Of a DNA stretch of 64,000 nt, positions 18,495 through 26,187 are shown one piece after another. This DNA is from Candidatus Moraniibacteriota bacterium. Its GTDB lineage: Bacteria > Patescibacteriota > Minisyncoccia > Moranbacterales > UBA2206. The translations under genes and the position numbers were made by a program. How positions within the stretch are numbered: the first letter of the stretch is position 1; each line of letters opens with the position of its first letter. A model generated the notes under the pieces. The model was not told the DNA's origin. It saw nothing but the letters and a program-made list of their open reading frames with translations, and searched no databases. The stretch spans positions 43,616 through 107,615 of the forward strand of contig JBAQUL010000012.1 of the NCBI GenBank assembly GCA_049297495.1, written 5' to 3'.

Positions 18495-19478
18495 ATGGTA
18501 TCATCCGAAGACAGAGAAATCATTTTTGGCATTTGTCATAAACTGAAAAAAGAGGCAGGGTTAGATATTAATGAAAGTACTGTCGATAAACTCTCAATGC
18601 AAGGTTTTAATAGCGAGGTTTATATGGCCAGGGCTGATAAAGGAATTATCATCCACATATTGAAGCCTGCTGAAGAACAAATAAGGCAAAACATCAATAG
18701 AAAGTTGATGGGCGTTTCAAAGCTGATCAAGTCTTTTATTGAAATTCCCAGTGCCGAATTTTTTTATGAAGAAACGCTTGAAGACGGTCGATTTATTTTC
18801 GTACAGGAAATGCTTCCGGGCAAAAATTGGGGCAGGAGAAAGCTGGAAGACGATAAGATTGTGGATGAGTTTTATCCTCCGGAAAATAAGAGATATTTTG
18901 AGCAATTGAACACAATTCTTGTTAATCTGCATAAAATTAAATTTACTAAGTATGGTTGGTTGAAATCAGAAAAAAAAGATGTCAACGGCACTTATGAAAG
19001 CTGGAGAGATTTTCTTTTAATTGAATCAGAACTGTGGCTTAAAAACATTTGGGAAAATAGCGAAAAAGGATACGGGATATCTAGAGAAGTTCTTTCGAAT
19101 GTGAAAAATAAACTTGCTGATTTGTATAATAAGAACGATCATTTATTTGAATCTGGTTTGGCATCTCTGGTTCACGGCGATATGATCAATCCCGGAAACG
19201 TGCTAATAGAAGATGCTAGAATTTCTGGAATTATTGATTTTGAATGGTCTCTAGCAGGTGATGCGGCCTGGGAATTCGCCTATACCGGCAATCCAATGAT
19301 TCAGCATTATTTTGATTTTTGTGATGAGGTGGGAGTAAATTGCGATAGGAATTTATTTTTGAAAAAAATGAAATTTTATAAGATTTTATGGTTACTTTGG
19401 GCAGTTAATGTTCATGCGCAAGGTAAGGAGTTAAAGAAAGCTTTGTTTAAAGAATTTATTGAAAGTTTGAATGCTTAG
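18495..19478 (+). CDS. APH/ChoK-fold kinase (phosphotransferase enzyme family)
   Basis: 327 aa; LVHGDMINPGNVLIED catalytic loop and IIDFEWS (DFE/DFG-like) motif. Confidence 0.55.
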   Translation: MVSSEDREIIFGICHKLKKEAGLDINESTVDKLSMQGFNSEVYMARADKGIIIHILKPAEEQIRQNINRKLMGVSKLIKSFIEIPSAEFFYEETLEDGRFIFVQEMLPGKNWGRRKLEDDKIVDEFYPPENKRYFEQLNTILVNLHKIKFTKYGWLKSEKKDVNGTYESWRDFLLIESELWLKNIWENSEKGYGISREVLSNVKNKLADLYNKNDHLFESGLASLVHGDMINPGNVLIEDARISGIIDFEWSLAGDAAWEFAYTGNPMIQHYFDFCDEVGVNCDRNLFLKKMKFYKILWLLWAVNVHAQGKELKKALFKEFIESLNA

Positions 19479-19480
19479 CT

Positions 19481-19591
19481 GGGATTGCCACCCAAGTTCT
19501 CAAAGATGGTGATTTGGTGGAGGTTGACGCTAATGATGGAATCGTTAGAATCATAAGGAAGGCAAAAGGAAATTTGGTAAAAAATCAATAA
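19481..19591 (+). pseudogene. Relic 3' fragment of a PEP-utilising phosphohistidine swivel domain gene (no start codon, about 37 codons)
   Basis: Frame-2 translation GIATQVLKDGDLVEVDANDGIVRIIRKAKG* matches the C-terminus NILKDGDLVEVDANEGVVRVLKRKS of 15533-17569 and NILKNGDEIEMDMKTGEIRVV of 21370-22914; DNA diverged at synonymous sites. Confidence 0.6.
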
Positions 19592-19604
19592 TCATAAAAT
19601 TTTT

Positions 19605-20453
19605 ATGAAAAAACAAGCAAAAAAATTGGCGATTTTTGAAGGCCAGAAAATTCGGCGGATTTGGGATACGGAAAAAGAACTGTGGTATTTTTCGGTTATT
19701 GATATAATTCAAGCGCTGACCCAGCAAGCCGACTATCAGACCGCCAGGAAATACTGGAATAAGCTCAAAGAAAGGCTTAGAAAGGAAGGAAACCAGTCGG
19801 TGACAAATTGTCACCAACTGAAATTTGAAGCGACGGATGGGAAATTTTATCTTTCTGATGCTGCTAGCGTGGAGACAATTTTGCGCTTAGTTCAATCAGT
19901 GCCTAGCCCAAAAGCAGAACCAATTAAGCTTTGGCTGGCGAAGGTTGGCTATGAGCGAGTACAAGAAATCTCTGATCCAGAAAAAGCTCTGAACCGCAGT
20001 CGCGATTATTGGCAAAGGATGGGGCGCAGTGAAAAGTGGATTCAGCAAAGAATGATGGGGCAAGAAATCAGGAATAAATTGACGGATTATTGGAAAGATA
20101 ATGAGGTGAAAGAGCAAAATGAATATGCGATTTTGACAAACATAATTCACCAGGAGTGGACGGATCTTTCAGTCAAAGAACATAAAAATCTTAAGAAGCT
20201 CAAGACAGAAAATTTGCGTGATCACATGACTGACGCAGAATTGGTTTTTACCGCTCTCGCAGAGCTGTCTACACGGCAAATTGCCGAAACGATGGAAGCG
20301 AAAGGTCTTCGTGAAAATAAAATACCGGCGAAACGTGGCGGACGAGTGGCCAAAAACGCTCGATTGGAATTGGAGCAAAAAACTGGCAAAAGAGTGGTTA
20401 GTGGAAATAATTTCAAGTTTTTGTCGGGGCAGAGAAAGTTAAAAGCAAAATAA
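19605..20453 (+). CDS. Bro-N/DinD-like (DNA-damage-inducible protein D family) protein, often phage/mobile-element associated
   Basis: 282 aa; N-terminal IFEGQKIRRIWDTEKELWYFSVIDIIQAL Bro-N-like segment and C-terminal RDHMTDAELVFTALAELSTRQIAE...KRGGRVAKNARLELEQKTGKRVVS resembling DinD. Confidence 0.5.
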   Translation: MKKQAKKLAIFEGQKIRRIWDTEKELWYFSVIDIIQALTQQADYQTARKYWNKLKERLRKEGNQSVTNCHQLKFEATDGKFYLSDAASVETILRLVQSVPSPKAEPIKLWLAKVGYERVQEISDPEKALNRSRDYWQRMGRSEKWIQQRMMGQEIRNKLTDYWKDNEVKEQNEYAILTNIIHQEWTDLSVKEHKNLKKLKTENLRDHMTDAELVFTALAELSTRQIAETMEAKGLRENKIPAKRGGRVAKNARLELEQKTGKRVVSGNNFKFLSGQRKLKAK

Positions 20454-20495
20454 AAAGTTTTTTTAATCGGTTAAGTATTAATAATATAAAAAAAT

Positions 20496-21344
20496 ATGGA
20501 ACAAAACGAATCAAGTATGTTTATGCTTCGGCACACCATAAAGCCAAAGGGAGAGGACCTTAAATCGGAAAGATATCCTGGCGCTTCTGAACGTGGTGTG
20601 GATTTGGCGAAAGAGAGAACAAAGGAAGAAATTTTGAGCATGATTGAAAAAGCAAAGCCGGGAACAGTGGTGATTATTACTGGCGCGTCTGAAGTGGATA
20701 GGACGAAGTCAGCGGGAGAAATATATGGAGATGAGCTTCAGGAATTACTCAAGGATAACCCGGGCTATTTGGTTATCACAAGGAGCGAAATTCAAGATAT
20801 GCGAAGTCAGAAGGAGGGTGGTAACGCACTCAATAAATTGACGGAAATTGTTAAGAGTAATCCTGATAAAAAGATTATTATTGATTTTCCACTATTCTTG
20901 AGGGAGTTTGCTTTTGGTGCTGGGCGATGGACGGAAAAAAGTGGAGATCCTACTGAATATTTTCAAGCATTGCTCAAAAAGCACAATAATGATGAAATGG
21001 CATGTGTCAAGGATTGGATTGAAAACGAAGGGCGCATTGATAAGTTGTCTTTGCAAGGACCGAATCCAGCCGAGACAGCCAAGGAGCATGTCGCAGGACT
21101 AAAAAGGATTAATGATTTTGCTCGAAAGCTGATCGGAGAGAGTCGGCCAATCATGGTGGGCGGTGTGGGACATAGTGTGAATTTGGATGCCACCGCAATA
21201 TATCTTTCCAATAATGGTCAAGTGACGATGGAGGGATTTGAAAAGCTGGGTGGAGAATTGATAAAGGAAACCGAGCTGATGCAGCTTGAGACAAAAGATG
21301 GTAAAACCATTTTCAATTACAGAGGTAAGGAGTTCATTGTTTAA
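20496..21344 (+). CDS. Histidine-phosphatase-like protein (variant RHT motif), function unknown
   Basis: FMLRHTIKPKGE, ASEVDRTKSAGEIYG (SPxxRTxxTA-like) and VGGVGHSVNLDATAI (second His motif-like). Confidence 0.35.
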   Translation: MEQNESSMFMLRHTIKPKGEDLKSERYPGASERGVDLAKERTKEEILSMIEKAKPGTVVIITGASEVDRTKSAGEIYGDELQELLKDNPGYLVITRSEIQDMRSQKEGGNALNKLTEIVKSNPDKKIIIDFPLFLREFAFGAGRWTEKSGDPTEYFQALLKKHNNDEMACVKDWIENEGRIDKLSLQGPNPAETAKEHVAGLKRINDFARKLIGESRPIMVGGVGHSVNLDATAIYLSNNGQVTMEGFEKLGGELIKETELMQLETKDGKTIFNYRGKEFIV

Positions 21345-21369
21345 CTAATTAGCTTAATGGTAAAAACCC

Positions 21370-22914
21370 ATGGATGCGAAAGAGTTGAAAAGCTATCTGA
21401 AAGAAAGTGAGCTTGATATCCAAAATGCAAATGCGGCTTTGTTTTTGGCTGATTATATTTTTGGTTTTTATGCAAATTCTCACAAATTGCATGGTGTCAA
21501 TTTTAGTCCTGTCTGCTCATATTTTTCCTATTCAAAGCTGAGTGCTTTTTATCAGATAATAAATAAGAAATTCATTGTTGATTTGAGTGAAAAAATTTAC
21601 AAGAATTTCAAAAAAAACAGAAAAAGCTTTGAGGAGATGGTAGGAGTTCATCAAAACTTGACGAGAAAATTTGATCTGACTTGGCGGGAATATCAGAAAG
21701 CGAAAAAGCAGGGTTTGAGTGAGAAAATTTTAGGTGAATTCTATCGAAAATTTGAAAATATTTCTCGCTCGTACTGGTATAACGCAGTGGCCTGCGAGGA
21801 TAAAGGGGCAATTATTGAGAGAGAAATTATTCCCTCATTTGCTAGACGGAATAATCTTTCCGTAGAGAAAGCTCAAAATATAGTTACAATATTGTCGCAT
21901 CCGGATGAACAATCCGTTTTCAATTTTGAGCGGAAAGAATTTTTGCAAATTTGCCTTTTGATTTTTCAAAAGAAACTAATTGTAAAGACAGAGGAGGATA
22001 TTATCGCGCAAGTTCTTGGTGATAAGGAATTGAAAAATAAAATAAATTCTTATGTAAGGCATTATTTTTGGGTAAAGACGGATTTTTACAGGGCCACAGA
22101 GATAACGAAAGACTCTTTAATCAAAGACATCATTCAAGAATTAAAGAAAAAATCAAAAAAGGAAATCGAAAAAGAACTTCTTGACATCGACAAAAATTTT
22201 GAGCGGATTGGGATTAGGAAGAAAAAGATATTGCGAGATAGTCGACTGAAGAGAGAAGATATGGATGAGCTATATTTTTCAAGAAAAACGATATATTGGA
22301 TGGATCAGAGAAAAATGGGAATGATGAAAAATATTTATTATGTGTTTAGTTTATTGGGCGATATCGCCGCTTGCTATGATATCGATTATGCAAATATTAT
22401 TTTGTATAGCACTGAGGATTTGGATAGGCTATTGCTGTCTGGCAGGAAATTGGACAAAAAAATATTAGCAAAAAGGCATGCAGGCACTTTTATGTCATGT
22501 GAACGTGGAGAAATAACGAAATTCTTTTATGGTAACGTAGGAGAAGAGATGTTCAAGATTGCGACGAATGTTGAAAAAAAAGAATTGAAGGGAATTGTGG
22601 CGAGCAAAGGAAGTGGTGGAATAGTCAGAGGAAAAGTGAAAATAGTTTTGAACCCGAAAGAAATAAGTTTCCACACTGGTGAAATTCTTGTAACCAGTAT
22701 GACAAGGGTTGAATTCGTGCCTTTGATGAGAAAGGCCCGGGCTATAATCACCAATGAAGGCGGGTTAGCATGTCATGCGGCGATAATTTCTCGGGAACTG
22801 GGCATTCCCGCAATTATCGGAACAAAAAACGCTACCAATATTTTGAAAAATGGAGACGAGATTGAGATGGATATGAAAACCGGAGAGATAAGGGTGGTAA
22901 TCTTAGTGGTTTAA
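21370..22914 (+). CDS. Protein with about 400 aa N-terminal domain of unknown function and a C-terminal PEP-utilising phosphohistidine swivel domain (no ATP-grasp)
   Basis: C-terminus GIVASKGSGGIVRGKVKIV...LVTSMTRVEFVPLMRKARAIITNEGGLACHAAIISRELGIPAIIG with catalytic His; N-terminus has no recognisable motifs. Confidence 0.65.
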   Translation: MDAKELKSYLKESELDIQNANAALFLADYIFGFYANSHKLHGVNFSPVCSYFSYSKLSAFYQIINKKFIVDLSEKIYKNFKKNRKSFEEMVGVHQNLTRKFDLTWREYQKAKKQGLSEKILGEFYRKFENISRSYWYNAVACEDKGAIIEREIIPSFARRNNLSVEKAQNIVTILSHPDEQSVFNFERKEFLQICLLIFQKKLIVKTEEDIIAQVLGDKELKNKINSYVRHYFWVKTDFYRATEITKDSLIKDIIQELKKKSKKEIEKELLDIDKNFERIGIRKKKILRDSRLKREDMDELYFSRKTIYWMDQRKMGMMKNIYYVFSLLGDIAACYDIDYANIILYSTEDLDRLLLSGRKLDKKILAKRHAGTFMSCERGEITKFFYGNVGEEMFKIATNVEKKELKGIVASKGSGGIVRGKVKIVLNPKEISFHTGEILVTSMTRVEFVPLMRKARAIITNEGGLACHAAIISRELGIPAIIGTKNATNILKNGDEIEMDMKTGEIRVVILVV

Positions 22915-22967
22915 TTGTAGAATTGGGTAAGGATAGAAATTCAAATAATTAATCAAAATTAAATTTT

Positions 22968-24071
22968 ATGCGTATTATTCTTGCTGGAGGAGGAACTGGT
23001 GGACATCTCACGCCGCTTGTGGCGGTGGCGAGGAAGATTAGGGAAAAAGTTCCTGAAGTCGAGTTTTATTTCATCGGACCAAAAGGAAAGCTGGAAGATG
23101 ACATTATGGGGCAAGAAAATATTCCCATCAGAAATATTCAGACGGGAAAGCTGCGACGCTATTTTTCTTTCCGAAACATTTTGGATTTCTTTAAGATTCC
23201 GTTGGGAATCGTAAAGTCTATGTGGCTTTTATTGGTTTTGATGCCTGACGCTATTTTTTCCAAGGGTGGGTACGCTTCGTTTCCTGTTGTTGTCGCTGGC
23301 TGGCTTTATCGCATTCCAATTCTCATCCATGAGTCTGATTCAAATCCAGGCTTGGCCAATTCGATGCTGGGAAAATTTTCTCAGCGTGTCGCTGTGGCCT
23401 ATCCAGAAGCGGAAAAATATTTTCCGGCGGCGCAGGTGGTACTGACTGGCAATCCTTTGAGCGCCACAATCGATAAAGGTGATGTTAATAGGGCACGGCA
23501 GGTATTTGGCCTTACAGAATCAAAAAAAGTTATCTATGTGACTGGTGGATCGCAAGGAGCTAGGAGTATTAACGAAAAGATTTTACGCATATTGCCCCAG
23601 CTCTTGTATAAATATCAGATTATTCATCAGACGGGAGAAAGTAATTTTAAAGAAGTTGTGCGAATGGCAGGGGAACTTGGCTTTAAGGCCGGTAGGGAGG
23701 GATACTACCCAGTCGCTTTTATAAAAGAAAATATCGAAGATATTTTTGCGGTGGCTGATTTGGTAATTTCTCGTGGTAGTGCCACGACTATTTCTGAAAT
23801 TGCCGCCAATAAGAAGCCGGCCATTCTTATTCCTCTGGAGACTTCTGCCAGCGATCATCAAAGAATGAATGCCTATTCTCTGGCACGAATCGGTGGTTGC
23901 GTGGTGATGGAGGAAAATAATATGGGAGAGCATATGCTTTTAGAAAAAATTGATGAAATTATGGATAACGAAACATTGCGCAATAGCCTCTCCGCAAATA
24001 TTGGGACATTTTATCATCCAGATGCAGCAGAAAAAATCGCCGATGGAATTTTGGGCATGATTAAAGAATAA
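22968..24071 (+). CDS. murG: Undecaprenyldiphospho-muramoylpentapeptide beta-N-acetylglucosaminyltransferase MurG
   Basis: MRIILAGGGTGGHLTPLVAVARK N-terminal G-loop, GT28 architecture, C-terminal GGSQGAR...E motif; dcw context. Confidence 0.85.
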   Translation: MRIILAGGGTGGHLTPLVAVARKIREKVPEVEFYFIGPKGKLEDDIMGQENIPIRNIQTGKLRRYFSFRNILDFFKIPLGIVKSMWLLLVLMPDAIFSKGGYASFPVVVAGWLYRIPILIHESDSNPGLANSMLGKFSQRVAVAYPEAEKYFPAAQVVLTGNPLSATIDKGDVNRARQVFGLTESKKVIYVTGGSQGARSINEKILRILPQLLYKYQIIHQTGESNFKEVVRMAGELGFKAGREGYYPVAFIKENIEDIFAVADLVISRGSATTISEIAANKKPAILIPLETSASDHQRMNAYSLARIGGCVVMEENNMGEHMLLEKIDEIMDNETLRNSLSANIGTFYHPDAAEKIADGILGMIKE

Positions 24072-24080
24072 AATAACTAT

Positions 24081-25472
24081 ATGGAATTAGATTTGAAAAA
24101 ATTGAAAAAAGTTTATGTAATTGGCATCAAGGGTTCTGGTGTTGTCGGTGTAGTGGAAATTCTCAGCTCTAAAGGAATCGAAGTGACAGGTTCGGATACG
24201 GCGGAAAAATTTTTTACGGATGAAGTTTTGCAAAAAAACAAAATTAAGTATTTCGAAAATTTTTCAATTGAAAATATTCCCAATGACGTTGATTTGGTGA
24301 TTTATTCCACCGTCTATAATGTGAAAAACAATGTTGAATTTCAAGAGGCTCTGAAAAGAAAATTGCCTATGCTTAGTTATCCTGAAATACTTGCTCAACT
24401 ATTCAATGTTAAATATGGTATTGCCATTTGCGGGACACATGGAAAAACGACTACCTCAGCTTGGCTGGCCAACACCTTGAAAGAACTTGGAGTGGATCCG
24501 ACGGCAGCAATTGGCAGTCGAGTGACAAATTGGGGTGGCAACGCACTGATTGGAGCGGGTGAATTTTTTGTGATGGAGGCGGATGAGTATCAAAATAAAT
24601 TAGCGCGCTATAATCCCAACGGTGTCATCCTCACGAGTTGTGACTATGACCATCCGGATTTTTTTCTTGATTTTGATTCGTATAAGCAGGTGTTTAAGGA
24701 TTTTGTGGCGCGTATTCCCAAAACTGGTTTTTTGGTTGTCTGTGGGGACGCAACGAACACATTGGAAGTCGCAAAATCAGCTACTTGTGCGGTTTTGACC
24801 TATGGCTTTTCTGCTGATTGTGATTATCAGATTTCTAATTTAGAATTGAAAAAGGAAAATGAATTGCATGTTCAATCGTTTGATGTCTTGCGGGGAGAAG
24901 ATGTTCTGGGTAGGTTTGAGATTGGGCTAGTAGGGAGGCATAACACATTAAATGCTCTTGCTGTGATTGCAGTTTGTCATCGGCTTAATTTTAGCGCGGA
25001 AAGAATCCAGGAGACGCTTAAATTATTTCGTGGAACATCGCGAAGGTTTGAATTTATCGGCTTGAGACATGGCGCAATTCTAATTGATGATTATGGTCAC
25101 CATCCAGATGAAATTCGTGCAACCTTGAAAGCCGCGCGCGAACTGTATGCGGAAAAAAATATTTGGGCGGTTTTTCATCCCCATACCTTTACGCGTACCA
25201 AAGCTTTGCTTTCTGAATTTTCACAAAGCTTTGCTGATGCGGACAAGGTGATTATTCTCGATATCTACGGCAGTGCGCGTGAGGCGCAAGGTGGAGTACA
25301 TTCGAAAGATCTCGTAGAGCTGGTTAATAAATACGACCGAGGAAAAGCGGAGCATATTGCCACGATTGATGAAGCGGTGGAATTTCTCAAGAATAAGATT
25401 GGCCCAGATGATGTGGTCATTGCCATTGGCGCAGGGAATGGTTGGGAGGTAGTTGAGAAATTAAAATTGTAG
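24081..25472 (+). CDS. murC: UDP-N-acetylmuramate--L-alanine ligase MurC
   Basis: VIGIKGSGVVGVVEIL...VTGSD N-terminus, ICGTHGKTTTSAWL P-loop, Mur ligase C-terminal domain; follows murG. Confidence 0.8.
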   Translation: MELDLKKLKKVYVIGIKGSGVVGVVEILSSKGIEVTGSDTAEKFFTDEVLQKNKIKYFENFSIENIPNDVDLVIYSTVYNVKNNVEFQEALKRKLPMLSYPEILAQLFNVKYGIAICGTHGKTTTSAWLANTLKELGVDPTAAIGSRVTNWGGNALIGAGEFFVMEADEYQNKLARYNPNGVILTSCDYDHPDFFLDFDSYKQVFKDFVARIPKTGFLVVCGDATNTLEVAKSATCAVLTYGFSADCDYQISNLELKKENELHVQSFDVLRGEDVLGRFEIGLVGRHNTLNALAVIAVCHRLNFSAERIQETLKLFRGTSRRFEFIGLRHGAILIDDYGHHPDEIRATLKAARELYAEKNIWAVFHPHTFTRTKALLSEFSQSFADADKVIILDIYGSAREAQGGVHSKDLVELVNKYDRGKAEHIATIDEAVEFLKNKIGPDDVVIAIGAGNGWEVVEKLKL

Positions 25473-25474
25473 AC

Positions 25475-25497
25475 ATTGAATGTCTACAATTTAGTGT
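25475..25497. repeat. Perfect 23-bp palindrome TTGTAGACATT-G-AATGTCTACAA carrying GTAG/CTAC, 10 bp upstream of the RAYT start (REP-like / subterminal hairpin; may also act as the murC terminator)
   Basis: Seen in sequence; 11-bp perfect arms; GTAG tetranucleotide as in REP/IS200 recognition hairpins. Confidence 0.6.
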
Positions 25498-25506
25498 AAT
25501 ATAGGT

Positions 25507-26172
25507 ATGCGTAAAACAGCATTTGCCAATGGTGAATATTATCATATTTATAATCGCGGGGTGGATAAGCGAGAGGTGTTTTTGTGTGATGGAGATTATA
25601 AACGATTTATTGTGGGGATGAATGAATTTAATTGTAGTAAGGCTATTGGTAGTTTGCGAGATAAGCGGGTACGTGAGAATCAGGAGTTGAGCTCCTGGAG
25701 CTCCAGGAGCTCAACTCCTGATTCTGTTCTACAGTCTTTAGTTCAAATTATCGCCTATTGTCTGAATTCAAATCATTATCACTTAATTCTGAGGCAAGTT
25801 AGCGAAAGGGGTATTGAAAAGTTCATGCACAAACTAAGTACTGGCTATACTAATTATTTCAATAAAAAATCTAATCGAACAGGCGCGCTTTTTCAAGGAC
25901 GCTACAAATCCATTCATATTAACTCCAATGAATATCTGTTGCATCTGTCGGTTTACGTAAACGCCAATCACGCGGTTCATAATTACGAAGAAAAAGACTG
26001 GCCATATTCTAGTTATTTAGATTATACTGGGAAGAGAACGGGAAAACTCTGTGAAAAAGTAACAATCTTGGGGCAGTTTGATGACAATCTACTGGAATAC
26101 GAAAAGTTTATGCGAAATAATACGAACTATTTTAGGGAGAAAAAGGAAATGGAGAAATATATTTTGGAATAG
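25507..26172 (+). CDS. HUH Y1 transposase of the COG1943 / REP-associated tyrosine transposase (RAYT, IS200-like TnpA) family
   Basis: GEYYHIYNRGVDKREVF...DYKRF (motif I), NHYHLIL (HUH), YFNKKSNRTGALFQGRYKSI...EYLLHLSVYVNANHAVHNYEEKDWPYSSY (catalytic Tyr region); contains an in-frame 16-codon palindromic insertion. Confidence 0.85.
   Translation: MRKTAFANGEYYHIYNRGVDKREVFLCDGDYKRFIVGMNEFNCSKAIGSLRDKRVRENQELSSWSSRSSTPDSVLQSLVQIIAYCLNSNHYHLILRQVSERGIEKFMHKLSTGYTNYFNKKSNRTGALFQGRYKSIHINSNEYLLHLSVYVNANHAVHNYEEKDWPYSSYLDYTGKRTGKLCEKVTILGQFDDNLLEYEKFMRNNTNYFREKKEMEKYILE
25677..25724. repeat. 48-bp perfect palindrome (gaatcaggagttgagctcctggag | ctccaggagctcaactcctgattc) inside the RAYT coding sequence, in frame (encodes NQELSSWSSRSSTPDS)
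   Basis: Seen in sequence; exact reverse complement of the two 24-nt arms. Confidence 0.9.
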
Positions 26173-26187
26173 TTTTGAAATAAAAAA

